Shown in pieces: positions 26,111 through 39,867 of a stretch of 64,000 nucleotides of DNA. The notes under the pieces were generated by a model that did no database searches, was not told the DNA's origin, and saw only the letters and a list, made by a program, of their open reading frames with translations. The stretch is from assembly GCA_030141605.1 (NCBI GenBank), contig JAQGDQ010000161.1, positions 186,001-250,000 of the forward strand, written 5' to 3'. Position numbers and translations under genes: made by a program. Numbering within the stretch: position 1 is the first letter of the stretch; each line of letters opens with the position of its first letter. The stretch comes from Tubiluchus corallicola. Its lineage: Eukaryota; Animalia; Priapulida.

Positions 26111-29100
26111 CTAGGTAAGAAAATACCAATAATCATTCGAATCTTGGCATAGTAGAATAATTAGTATTTGAATTTTGCGTTTAATCTTTTTGACTTGGTC
26201 AATAATTAGTCAGGACTAATAAGTAACTTGAACAATTTCTTAGTTACTTCAAGTGTCACAAATTATAAAGCAATTGAGATTTGAAGATTTTCTCACTCTG
26301 GTCTGACGTGCATCTAATAGCAAAATCAATGTGCGGATAAAATCATAAAACTGAATCTTCTCGCGAAAAGTTGGAAACGCAGGATTTTCGCATTTGAGGG
26401 TGTTATTTTATTTGCTCACACAAAACTTACTTGCTGTAAGAAATTTTCGCGCCAAGTGTGGTATTATTTCCTCTTTTTAGCTATTATTTGCACTTCTCGG
26501 CTATCAGTTTCGTGCCAGTGTTGCCAGTTTTGCGTTGCTGAGCTTGGAAACGGAGGTAATAAAAATCATGGCATTATCGTTTCTGCTGCGGTTTATGAGC
26601 CATAACGTTTTGAAATCAAGCAAGTAAAAACGCCTTGCAAGACGTTTCCGGAGCAATGTATAATACTCAAGTTCTGGCAGTGCTGAATGTTTAGAGTTAA
26701 AACAACTGCTGAGGCCTGACTAAAGCTGAATCGTTTAGACTGGACGAATAAGAGAGCATCTTGATTGAAATATTTTTCTGAAATAACGTGTCTCGACGTT
26801 TGAGTGGAGTTAATTTAAAATAAAAACGGTTCTGGAACGTTTCTGATCGAGGAACTCGACCCAAATTACTACTAATCTGGATGTTGTGGTTGTGTTTCGA
26901 AAAAAAGCCCAATGCCCCGCCATTTCGTAATTGCATCATGAAACTACAGAAATGTGGTAGAAAAAATTCCGCATCGTTCTTCAGATTTTTGTTCTGCCAT
27001 CTTGAATTCTAGTACAATAACATCATTTTCGAGAGAACCCTAACTAAAGCGTCACCATTTTGCAAGAAACCTTACAGGAATGAACTATATACTGCATTGT
27101 TTGACGGAGTCGGATTTTGTATTTGTTCTCTTAAATTCAAAATGAGCTTATACTAATCCACGACCTCGGGTTTAGTGAGTCTGCCGACCAATACTTCGAG
27201 TCAAATTTATTTTGAACGCACAGAACGATAATACAAATGAAAGCATTTATTACGTTTATTGCTGTCGACCAGGATCGCCTGCAGGGACCGGCGCTCGACA
27301 GTCTAACACCCCACGCTAAATCATAACTAATGAATCCTGATACCTATTTAATTATTACGCTAAATAGGATGCTTCTGGAGTCACTCCCTAATTGGGTTTT
27401 TCAATTTTTTAGCACCTATTTGGCGTACAACTAACATCATGTCGAAAACTCTTATCCAGTAATTAACATTTTTTAAATTTTCATTTAAAGTCATGTGCCG
27501 TTTTTTGCTAACAAACAAACACTAGATCAGAAGAGTAAAATCGCTGCATGGCTTCAAGACTGAAGAAAGCTTGGTATGTAGGTGTAAACTAAAGCTGCAG
27601 TAGACGTACGAAGCCAAGTTCAATGCCACCTAAATTGTCATCAATAGTAGATTCAGTAACGAACTTGTCAGTTGGTTCCTGTTGCAAATGTTATTCATTT
27701 CTAATAAAATTTATAGTTTAGCTGTCCAACCTATATTCATTTTCATTCACATTTGGAATCTGATTTAGGAGTCACAGACCGTCACTGGCATGCTTGCACG
27801 TCTGAAGTCCAACAGATCCAAAAGTCTAGATTTCTAGTCGTGTCGGTTACAATAGGTGGCCATTTGTATTTTGGAGGATATTCAAACCGGTGTATAGGAA
27901 TTTTATCCCTTGTGCATTGGCCCTAATGTAAACGTAAACCGTTTGATAGACTACTGCATGACCACCGAAGCACCTATAAAGTGCCCTTGGTGGAGAATCG
28001 CACCAACAAAATAATGCAGAATCAAACAAGAAAATGAATAAAGTACTTCCTAAGGTGTGTTAATCATTGCTAGTAATGTATTCTGAAGTTCTGACTGTGT
28101 TCTGTGACTTTCTATAGAGATTGTCTTATGGTCAGGTACAATGAATTACAATAGCAATTTTACCTTTAGGAATCCATTCAACATGTCATTCCTCGTGTGC
28201 AAATTACGCATGTTCATAAATGTAACATAAATTACATTACCAACCATTCAGCAATTCCATTTTTACTGCCCTAATTATCATAATCGCCACGTATCTATGT
28301 CATCATTATCGTCTTCTTCGTCTTAATAATCATCACCATCGTCTACATAATTATGATGTTCCTTCTTCTTCTGTTCTTTTCATTTTCCTTATCGTTAGCA
28401 GGGTCATCTCGTCACCATCATCATCATCATAATTATTCATCATCATCATCCAAGCAGATATCTTGTTACTAATCTCCCCACTTTTTTATATTAATCTTTG
28501 TTGTAATTTGCATCGTTTTTTAATCATCATAGTCTTCATTATCGTCATTATCAGAAATTCTTAAGAAAATAAATAACTTTTCTGCACTCCTTCCAATTAG
28601 TAACGTCTAAGTTCTAAAAGCCATTGTACTACAGCTATTACTGACAAGATAAAGAAACAACCGGAAAGAGAAAAACAAGAGAAACAAACAAGAAATATAC
28701 AAAAGAAAAAAGAATAAAAAATACATACCTTTATCCAAATAGTATTTGATCAATTTTACGTGTTGTTTACATTTTAAGTTTATGTTTACGGTAAATTAAC
28801 AATGATTACTTGAATAATTCATGACGCACAATTATCGCATGACTCGATTGTCGTAAATATAACTAATTAAACCTCGAATATAGAAAAAGCTATTGGCTCA
28901 CTACTGCAGATATTTGTGCATATCAATAACTACAATTTTGTCACGTTTACACGCCAGACGCGGTTAATAAAAGCGAAACCAAGTGTCAATATTACCATCA
29001 GAACTCATCAAACAAACAATAATGAGTGGTAGAAGAAGAAGAAGAACTTTCCTCTTTCCGCAACGCAGCTTGATTGATCACCTTATGAAACATTTAGGAA

Positions 29101-30221
29101 GCCAAGTGGTAGTTATAGTTCGAATGATGTCACGTGTGTAACTATGGTAACAACATGGTGTGTTTATTCTGCACTGGTATGTTGAGGAGAAATGCAATTG
29201 ATTTTTGTTTGGTGGACGATCAATGTAGCTGCTGGGGTACTGTGCTACTGTTTCATGCTGGCTTCCGGGCTAGTTGAAGTTTGTAGGTTTGTGGTACGTG
29301 GGAAACTGGTACACGAACCCCCAGCATTTGCAACTGAATTTTCAGTCCATCCTTTACAAGATTGCACTGAAGCCAGAAAACAATTGGATCCAGTCTGCAA
29401 CAATGAATTTGCATTTATGATTATAATTGCTGATGCCAGTAGAATACTTTAAAATGTCGGCCGTACATCAAAGAATTTTGCAAAATTTGCTTTACCCAGT
29501 AACACATGACGCCACAAATGATAAAAGATATGCGTTACTTAGCAGTAGGCACGCCAGAAGTACAATAAACTACCAGTTAGCACTATAGGATAGGTTACAT
29601 TTTAACTTCAATGATTCTTTTGAAAAGTATGTTTAGGCTTTTTAGTGATTATATATTTTTACCACTAATGAAATCGCGAAGAGAGAAAAAAATCATTTAT
29701 TTCAAGTTATTTGTGTTTTGTGCTCATAAGATCAATGGGGACGCCTTTCTAGGTTTTTCCACCTCATGTAACAGGAGGCGGCTTGGAATGACACGCCCAT
29801 CCTTCAATTTTTATTCAAATTTGCAGTAACTCGCAAGAATGTATTAATACATCCATACATTAATGCAACAACAGGCGAAGATGGCTTATAGAAAGTTGCA
29901 CGTTACACCACTCGGCCACAGTGTCTTATCCATTGCGCCCATCAGTAGCTCAACACAATTAGAGCATAAAATAAGTTAAATGTAGGTCAACTGTATTGTT
30001 TTTACATCGATTTATGATTAATAGATTGGTACTCTGACTCAGTTATGTACAAAAGCCTGATTGCGCGTGATTTTCAATGTAATATCAATTATTAAAATTA
30101 TCATTAGAGTAAGTAAGAAATAATTTAATAACGTTTTCCTGTTAGCAATGGGCAAATGGGCATCTTGTAAGGCTGATGACCTACATCCATTGTTTACATA
30201 CGAATTCGCATTATTGATAAA

Positions 30222-30255
<34 letters not shown>

Positions 30256-33000
30256 GCCTGCCTATAAATACAGCAATTAGTCTTACACAGAATAATCAAT
30301 CATGGATCTTTTTATTGCTAGTGGCAATTACATCGGAATAAACTAATTTGTTGGCTAAACTGATGAACACAAACCAAGAACTGGTCAGAGTGCATTTTAT
30401 TTCATCAGTTATCAATATCACAGCAGATTGTATAATCGTATAATCCTTTAACTTATTATTAATGCTGACGTACTAACCGTATATAATGAAGAGCTATCTT
30501 TCTGCTCAGCTTACGCCAGGTTATCAGCCAACAATTTCAATAAAATACTCCTTTTCTCAGTTTCGCTGTGCGCACGCACAGATGCTGCAGGTCAAAGATT
30601 AAGTGTACCACAGCAATGCGTCTTAACTATAACCGTCATGTGGAGGGTGTGTAAAACAAAGCCGTGTGCAGCATCAGTTCAGTAACTTCAGTTTTTTACG
30701 TGGAATTTACTTAGTTATGCACTAGTCTGTGCGTAGAGTGAGTTACTAACAGGATCTTGCTCGGGAACAAAAAAGTGAACTAGGTAAGGTTCTAGTTACC
30801 TGTTAAAACTGTTAGTATTACAATAGCTTGGGCTACGAGGCCTTGTCAAGTGTACACAAATACGTTACCTGGTACACTTAACTTTCTGACCTTTTGACGA
30901 TCAACATCAATCGCTGGAACGTGAAAAGGCTTATTGTTGCTACAGTAACCCTCGATAGATAATTAGAACGGTGCTATATTATGTTAAGAAGTCGCCCAGC
31001 TATTTGTCATTGAGAAGTTATTGAAAGGGCAAACCTAAAATTCGATTTTTCATCGCTATACTCAGAACTTGAAGCATCGCCAATTAATATCTTCGTGATA
31101 GTGATTCTGCAATCTGCATTCAGGCAGGATATTAATTATAAGTGAAACTTGATGGTGATAAGAATCTAGCCATGCGAGTGAGATTAATTTTCTAGTTCAC
31201 TTCACCAGAGAAGCCCTACTAGCATTACTGTGGACAAATGCAGTCTCGATGCATAAATGAAAGCAAACGGATTATGGCTGCCCGTCACTTTCACGGCTAA
31301 AACCAAATTTGTCTCAATGGATGCGGTTTCGCAACTGGAGAACCAAATAGACGTCACGATCTTCCTGCGTGCCATTTAAATATTAAAATTATGACCTTTC
31401 ACACCACCGCAGCGCAGTTAGTTTGTTTATTCGATTCGGCAAAATAATGAAGCCACTAGGACTAAGTGAGGTAACCAAATTACTAAACCTTACAGAAGTT
31501 TGCTTAATATTTATCGTTTAACCTTCGAAAAAGCACGCACTCGTTGTCGTCATTACATAGTCATCATGTCATCAACACGATTATCATAGTCGTCGTCGGC
31601 GTCGTCCTCGGCATTATTATTGTCGATAACGTCATCCCAAATCATCGTTATTGTTAACATCATCATCGTCGTCGTCACTGGCCTCATCAGCATTATCAGT
31701 AGTAGTAGCAGTGGCAACAGCAATATTGTCATCATTATAACCTTGTCAGTGCTACTGCATTAGCCACTGGCACAGGTTTGTAAATTCACACTTGTACATA
31801 TATGTATAAAAATCTGTTCAGTTACATCTACGCTCACATACTATCATTTAGTGAGTAGTTCACTTGCGAATGTTTAATGATAAGAAAGAGAGAAACAGCA
31901 TTTAACTTCATCATCATGCTTGCAAAAAAATGGAAGAACTGAACATTTTTATAGTTAATAATTTAGAAATCTACATAAGATGAACGCAAAACAGCTCTGA
32001 TATTTTTTATATTTTTATTATTACTATTATTATTTTTATTATTATTAAAACAGTGATTATTTATGAACTAAAACCTGGTTCAAACACTGCTTTTCTTTGC
32101 ATATATATTATATAATATATTATTTATTGTATGTAAATTATTTATATAGATATAAATTACGCATTGAGATGAATTATAAATACATGTCAACCAGTCAATT
32201 TCTTTCAAAAAATCTTCTTCATATCTCTGTCGTCTTTGTTGACTTTGTACATAGTACAGCTGCTTTTTCAAATTACTTTTTTTCATACTTTTGTCTAATT
32301 GTTATTAAATTTCAAAGTTTTCCACTTTCAGAAAAATGGAAAAAATTTACGCGTTAAAATTTATTCTGTGCTTATGTGAAATGATTTCATTCCTTGCCAG
32401 CATTAACTGATATCCTTCTATCTCATCCTAATTATAATTGTATTCAGAATTATTAGTGAATGAAGTTATTTATTTGGTTGTCTAGGTACACATTATCTCC
32501 AGCATTAATGTCTGTTGATGACGCAATATCACTAATCTACATCTATTATATGCAACTGATATAACTGACACAGAATACCCTGGAGACTTTGAAAAGGTTA
32601 CAGCTGACAGAGGGAAACTGTCTATATTTCTGTATTAGACAGTCTGCTTCATAGGCCTACAAATGTTAAATGTCAACGCTCGTAGCCTCAGAGCAATTTA
32701 CTAACAAAGCTTTTCCCGCGTTGGAAAGGTAGAAATGCTGTGAGTCAATTATTTTTGTTTAACAGTTTCGGGCTTTTGGCATTCGCTGTTCTTGCATTTT
32801 ACTCTCCAAGGATTTGGGATGCACTATTGGAAAACTAATTTAAATTTCCCCTGTTGTGGGTTTACTATTTCGCTAACATATTTATCTGTTGTTTTCCTGC
32901 TTTCACGTTATTTCTCAATTTCTTTTGTTGATTGTTTGGTTGATTATTAATTAATGGATTGACTGATTGATTGACTGAAGACTGATCGACTGATTTATCC

Positions 33001-33572
33001 ATTCATTCATTCATTCATTCATTCATTCATTCATTCATTCATTCATTCATTCATTCATTCATTCATTCATTCATTCATTCATTCATTCATTCATTCATTC
33101 ATTCATTCATGTATTCATTTGTTCATTCATTCATTCATTCATTCATTCATTCATTCATTCATTCATTCATTCATTCATTCATTCATTCATTCATTCATTC
33201 ATTCATTCATTCATTCATTCATTCATTCATTCACTCAGTCACTCACTCATTCATTCGTTCATTCATTCATTCATCCATTCATTCATTCATTCATTCATTC
33301 ATTCATTCATGTATTCACTCATTCATTCATTCATTCATTCATTCATTCATTCATTCATTCATTCATTCATTCATTCATTCATTCATTCATTCATTCATTC
33401 ATTCATTCATTCATTCACTCACTCACTCATTCATTCATTCATTCATTCATTCATTCATTCATTCACTCACTCACTCACTCACTCACTCACTCATTCTTTC
33501 GTTCATTGATTCATGTATTCATTTATTCACTCACTCACTCATTCATTCATTCATCCACTCATTCATTCATTC
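33001..33572. repeat. (ATTC)n/(ACTC)n tetranucleotide microsatellite
   Basis: ~570 bp of ATTC with ACTC variants. Confidence 0.97.
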
Positions 33573-34711
33573 ATCTAGGTATTCACGTTAGCATGTAACC
33601 ATTCGTCTCACAGCTTATTTTTGGATCATTAATCCTTGACTGCACACGTTTAAAATGTCTTTGTTTAAAATAATCATCATGATCAGAAAAGTTCTATAGA
33701 AATATTATTATTTTACTAAATAGTTTAGGCCTCACAATAGATCAAGTTCTATTAACAGGTGTTCGTAATTACAGTGAACGTAGACAGGCAACAATAGCAA
33801 AGGATGATTTCAAAGCGAGACATTAAACCTGCGAATAAACATCAATAAAGGGGCCCTCTAGTATAACAGAAGATAAAAGCAGCATGCCAGCAAGCGATTC
33901 AAAACCCAAGAGATGCGAAAAAGCCATTAAGTAACAAACTCATTGAATTTCATAGCAACGCAGTGAGGCTGTGAAACGGAGCTTTATGCATCTCTGTGTG
34001 CAAAGACAAATAGACTGAAAGGATAGAAGAATTTTTTAAAACTGAAAAAGAAGCAGGGTGAATATTCTAAAGTAATGTTGTTACGGAGCCGAAATGTCAT
34101 TTATTTTCGACCGTTTTCTTACATTGCGATGGTGCTCATCCGTACGAAGCCATTGCATAGCAACTACGAGTACCCTATTCTGGGCATACAGGACGGAAAA
34201 CTGGCAAGTTTTTCCTTTAAAATTCTTCTTATTGTTTAGCTGTGAACTACACGTCAGCAATAACCCGGCATCGCACTATGGACTTGTCAGCCACTGAATA
34301 GCGAGGGCATGAACTAATAAGGGGAGCGACCAACTAGACGCCGAAATAACAGCACCTGTCTTTCTCATTGTTTCTACATATTACTCCTTTCATACAGAGA
34401 CCTTTTTAGCGCCCTATTCAGATATCACTTTCACGTGGATGATTGGTGGACAGGCATACAACACAGGCTCTTTTTATCTGCTTTCGTACTAAAAATTTCT
34501 CATACATAGACGATTATGATGCGTATCGTTGCTTGACTACTCTGAAAACTTGAGGTGCTGATAGCTATTATTATTGATCAAGTAGTTCCGCCAAATGCCA
34601 TGCCAAATAATATCATTAACGTGTAAGAGCTACGAGCCTACAACTTGCTCATGCTAATCGACCCTAATTGTCTTCCAAGTCATTTCATATGTAACTACTT
34701 CAGGACTGGCA

Positions 34712-34945
34712 GAATTAGCTCTGCGATTCGATTTCTCGTCTTCTCGTTGGCTGCCTGATTAACTGACATGACTGATTGACCGACCGACCGACCGACCGAC
34801 TGACTGATTGATTGACTGACTGACTGACTGACTGTCTGACTGCTGAATGAATTCCTGACTGACTGCTTGGATGACTCACAAGAGTGACGACTGACTACTC
34901 CAAGACTAACGGAATTAGCTCTGCGTTTCGTTTTCTCGTCTTCTC
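34712..34945. repeat. 34-bp direct repeat pair flanking a (GACT/GACC)n tract
   Basis: GAATTAGCTCTGCGATTCGATTTCTCGTCTTCTC at 34712-34745 recurs with two mismatches at 34912-34945. Confidence 0.85.
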
Positions 34946-35505
34946 CTTAATAACTTTTAAAATACAGCTCAAAAACCTGAACACAAAAAACTAACTAGTT
35001 ACATTGCGTCTTTGTTTCCCAGAAACCTCGTATTTCAATGTACAATTCTAATTGCTAATGTAAACGCCACGTTCGTTATTATCAACCATAAAGCTCAACA
35101 GGATTCGTCTAGCAGTACTGCACGCCACAGATGCACAGTACAGAGTTATTAACAGCCAAATGGTATCCCTATATTGGAAACATGATTTGCGTTAACACAC
35201 CACAAACAGTTCAAGTGTTCAGTAAAGGAAAAATGGCACACGTTGAACAAAAACCATGTAGTTAAATTTAGCACCATTGATTACATTTAAAGTGACATTG
35301 CGTTAATCATAAGTACATAATAAATAATAATGTTATATTTTACGTCATTTATCATTTAATGCAGCTAAACAAGTTTAATCACGAGCGTCCATTTAATATA
35401 ATGCAACTTTGTGCAATGTGCATTACCAGTAAAAAGTCGCATTTTAACTTTTTCCAGATGAACGATATGACTATTCAATTTCTATTGTTGTAAGCTTTCA
35501 AAGGA

Positions 35506-35615
35506 TATGGTACAACATGTAGTTTGCACATTCACCATCGAAGTTCACAATTTCACTCCCTATGGTACAACATGTAGTTTGCACATTCACCATCGAAGTT
35601 CACAATTTCACTCCC
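35506..35615. repeat. Perfect 55-bp tandem duplication
   Basis: TATGGTACAACATG...AATTTCACTCCC at 35506-35560 and 35561-35615. Confidence 0.95.
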
Positions 35616-35659
35616 TCCCACCCTCAAACCCACCCACAGATTACAAAAATTTATTTAAT

Positions 35660-36230
35660 CACCATTGCTTGTGACATTTGTTCTGTGACATGCTTTCAAG
35701 TGATATCTACCAAGATGCGCTTTCGTCAGTCCATGTCAATGGTCCATGGTCACATTTCTGTCGTCCAGACCTTACCTTAGCACTACTCACCAAATCCCAA
35801 AATTTGTTTAATTATAACAGTTTAATTTGCCTCATGACAAGCCTTCAAATGCTAAGCTGCACTAAGAAGGTGCACAATTTTATTCTTTTCCAATGGTCAC
35901 ATTTTAGAGACCCATGGAGGTTGGTCCCTCCTCAGTTTCACCCACTTAACCAAAGTAAATTAATTTGGTTCAGTGCACTAAAGCTCTATCGCTTACCTAG
36001 TGGTAGCAGAGAGTAGTTTCATCAAAAACTGCTACTAAAAGTTTAGGATGAGACAGCTTCTAAAACTTTTTCAGAAAAGTAACCTTTGACCTTGTACCAT
36101 GAATCCAAGGTCACCGATTACCCAAAAAGGTTGCTCTCCATCTGTGGCCTACAAGCAGATGAAGTTTCGTATACAAGTTTCTGAGTTATTAACCGTAGAA
36201 AAGCCGTAACAGAAGTAGATAAATAACTAG
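35660..36230. mobile_element. Probable non-autonomous Helitron/Helentron-type repeat remnant
   Basis: Motifs CCTTTGACCTTG, CAAGGTCA, AGTTTCATCAAAA and TTTCTGAGTTATT resemble modular Helitron-derived repeats of marine invertebrates. It ends near ACTAG. Boundaries are uncertain. Confidence 0.35.
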
Positions 36231-37013
36231 ACTGCTGTTTATGACTAAATCTCCACCAGTCAATGCGGAATTGCTTTCGCCATTTTGAGTTAATTGTCGA
36301 AAAAAGGCTAAGGTTCCACTAATTCGCATGGGATCATCACAAAACCTTATGAGAATACACTAGAACAAATTTTCGAGTTACTGGTAGATAGATGGGTTCT
36401 CATTTGTTTCCATCAAGTCCAGTCCAGTGAGTACCTCGAGCCTCGACCAACAATTCGTGTTGAGCATATTGTATTTCCTGCGGCCATCGACTTGCTGCTG
36501 TAATTTTAATGACTAAATCCGACTACATGCGATTTGATACGATCAGTACTTTTATTACGGATCTAAATAAGTCTGAGAGAATAAAGAGCTTTTAAGATTA
36601 TGTGTTACATTATGAAATTAAGTCAAAGAATGGAAACTACGTCAGAGTTACATCTAAACATCAATCATCTCTGGGTACATGTAAGCGCTGTTAGCAAGCA
36701 TTACGCGTGCGGCATTACGACCGGTTCGTATGATTGCGTAATTTAATGAAGTTTCAGAATAAAATGTCAATTTTACGCATCGGGTAGGAACAGTGAAGCC
36801 GCATTAGGATCACATTATGATTTTCAAAGCTTTTTGTCAATAGATGCTTAACATAACTAATTACACGAAACGTGAATATGGCAATAAGACTAATTTCATA
36901 CTTTGTTGATGATGATGATAAATGTTTTTGTTGCAGACTCAGTACATCAGCGTATTAAAAATGAAATCCATGTAAAGAAATTAATGACGCACACAAATAC
37001 ATACTGTGTGTTA

Positions 37014-37169
37014 GTGTGCGTGCGTGCGTATGTGTGTGAGCGTGTACGTGTGTGCGTGTGTGAGCGTGTGCATGTGCGTGTGTGCGTGTACGTGTGCGTG
37101 TGCGTGTGTGTGTGTGTGTGAGCGTGTGCATGTGCGTGTGTGCGTGTACGTGTACGTGTGTGCGTGTGG

Positions 37170-37208
<39 letters not shown>
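37014..37208. repeat. (GT)n/(GC) compound microsatellite
   Basis: Alternating purine-pyrimidine tract. Confidence 0.95.
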
Positions 37209-39572
37209 TTTGTATACATTATTACACGAAGATAAAACAACAATACAAAATAAGTACAAACAAAAAATGCATGCATGATGCGTATCAACAAATATGTATA
37301 AAATGTATAAGATATGTACAAAAAAATGTTTAGCAAAGAAATCTTATAGAAAGACGACATTAGTTGTAACAAGTTGTAGTAATGATCAAATTCAAATTAT
37401 AATTAAGTAAAATATTACTATCATGCACGGTAATTGTTGTTCATTAAATCTCTATAACTCTAATATTCAAGCAAGGTATTTGTAAACATACAAAAGCAAA
37501 GCATCCTAGAAGTCTAAACTCTGTAAAGTTATCCTGCGGTTGGTTAGCGTTTTGACAATGTATTCGTCTTTCACTAATGTCCAATAATGCAGTAATTACA
37601 CTTATGTCCTGCTTTAAAAATATGACATCTGTTGATTCATCATCAAGTTCCAACGTAAAACGCCTCCTCTTATTTTTAAAATAGCAAATGATCTCGTGTT
37701 TGAGGGGACCGTCCACAGTTGGGAAATACAAGAAATTCGTTTTTCATACATTTCATTTGTTATTCAATCTTATAGAAAAGTAAAATATATTTTTAAGTAA
37801 GACACATATACAGTGTCAAAACTACTATGGCCAAAATTAGTTTTGATAGAAAATCTGTTAATCTGTCCTATAATGCGTTAAAGGAAGCCATTATAATTTT
37901 TAACAAGAAAGTCGATAATACTCAGCGAAGTAAGATTGATGTTTAATGTATATTTTCTTCCTACGAGGTAAACAGCCAGAATCAGCAGGACGCTGAGTAA
38001 GATCGAAGCAGTTCACCGATTCACTGATTTGATCAGCCTAGGTGTAGCTAATTTCGGTTGCCAAATGTGGCGGTGAGGCAGCTGGGTCATGAACTTGATC
38101 ATTTATTAAACTGAAGTCAAACTAAACCCTCACTATAACATAAACTTTTACAACTTAAAACGAATACTCAATTTATTTTACTATAAATTTCGTGTAAAAT
38201 TTGTTTCTTTTGATTTTTTGTCACTTCGTTGTTAGCGATATTAAATTTGAAGAACTGTCATTTTTCGTTGCGTGAGACGAATGACGTCATGAGTGCAGTC
38301 ACGAGGTCACCAAGGATCGGTAAACAAACATCAGTAACCAAAGACGCTTTCTGTACTACTCACGTCATTCTCGTTCACTCACGTCAAAGACGTGAAACAT
38401 GGCGATTTTTACCGCAATGCATGCGTTTCAAAATTTGCCAGAAAAATGTAAATTATTTAATTTCAAAGTCTTTTTCGTTTAATAGTAACTATGAATTCTT
38501 TGTGTAATCATAATAATGTGTTAAAAACTTAGGCGTTATATAGGCCTTTAAGTATGTAGCAATTGCAAATGAAGGATACCATACTAACCTTTAATTACCT
38601 AATTTGATTATCAATATGTCGTATGACACTACGCCGTGAGCTAGTAATTGTTTGTCAAGCCGCGAAAGCGATCAGAATTAAGTTGTGACCTTTAGTAGAA
38701 GCAACTTCTTGGTAATAGCCTTACTTCTCAGCGTTGTCTATTAGGATATTATCAACGCTACCAGCATCTTAGTATCTTGCTAAACTCATTTTTGATTAGA
38801 AATCAAGTACGTCGGCAGAAGCGCCGAATCATTGCTAAACGCGTAATCTGGCACCCAAGAACTAATCTTGGCAATATCTATTGTCAAGAAGTAGATGCCA
38901 TTAACACTTAGCGTAATGACTATACGCCTACGCGTCTGTTGACTTTAGGAAAGGAATGAAGAAGCTCATATAAAGATTTAAATTAATGTTGCGTCTTAAA
39001 ACGAGCCAATGTCAAAAAAACTCAACTTAAAAGTACAGTATTATAGTATAAGCTTACTCAGAAAATTACTGTCTCCAAAAAACTTGATAACATTAAATAA
39101 AGATTATATATATATATATTTTATATTTTTATATATTTTATATATATATAAAATAAAAAATATATATATATGTATGTATGTATGTATGTATTGCTAAATT
39201 ACTATATTACTAAATTAATATTTAGTAATCGCGACGGAAATTTAACTTTACCCACACATTAATAACAAGAAATGACACTTTCACAAGGTCACTTAACATT
39301 ATGTGGTATAAAGACAATTTACTTTCAATATTATAGTCAATTAATTAATAACATCAATTAAATTAGTTTACCAACTTGTAGCAGTCTCGTAGTTCAAAGT
39401 ATGAAGGCACGCCTATGTAGATGTTACGGCCTACAGCTTATAAAGTTCAATTGGTACATGTACGATGAAAAAGTCGAAACGAATTGTTGGTTGCTTCTAC
39501 TGACTAAATGGAATAAACTCAAAATCGTAAAGAAGTCAAAGTGTCCATTAAGTCTCAAAAGATTCTTATTTT

Positions 39573-39613
39573 TCACAGGAGCTTTCGTCCTTCGCGGACT
39601 TCATCAGCTGTAA
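39573..39613 (-). ncRNA. Minimal type I hammerhead ribozyme
   Basis: UUACAG-CUGAUGA-A-GUCC-GCGAA-GGAC-GAAA-GC-UC-CUGUGA. It has a 6-bp stem I, a 4-bp stem II, an intact core and a palindromic AGCU in place of stem III. Confidence 0.8.
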
Positions 39614-39809
39614 GGTAGAGGTACAATAATAAAAATTGCAGGTAAAACTACATATAAAATAAAAAAAGGTATACAACGACATTAAAATAAGGGATACAAA
39701 ATGCACGAAGAAGCTGTATTTAATACTTCGTGCATTTTGTATCCCTTATTTTAATGTCGTTGTATACCTTCATTGTACATGCAGTTTTACCTGCAATTTT
39801 TATTATTCA

Positions 39810-39867
39810 TTTTACAGCTGATGAAGTGACGAAAGCTTCACGTGAAGGACGAAAAACTCCTGTGAAA
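39810..39867 (+). ncRNA. Variant/degenerate hammerhead ribozyme copy
   Basis: UUUUACAG-CUGAUGA-AGUGACGAAAGCUUCACGUGAAGGAC-GAAA-AACUC-CUGUGAAA. Stem I is 8 bp, but stems II and III are rearranged. Confidence 0.55.

Noticed and set aside
26431-26433. 3-nt microexon-like TTTCTTACAG|CAA|GTAAGT on the minus strand
   Set aside because: Short pyrimidine tract and non-consensus exon end. Readily explained by chance.
26517-26684. Possible hAT MITE (CAGTGTTGCCAG...CTGGCAGTGCTG)
   Set aside because: Only a 9/12 inverted match and no target-site duplication.
33109-33598. FIHS-repeat ORFs, and the similar ERER, THTH, YIHT, LFIY and poly-L ORFs elsewhere
   Set aside because: Translations of microsatellites.
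35895-35940. Minus-strand CTGAGGA-GGGACC...GGTCTC considered as a hammerhead
   Set aside because: Followed by TAAA instead of GAAA, with no stem I or cleavage triplet.
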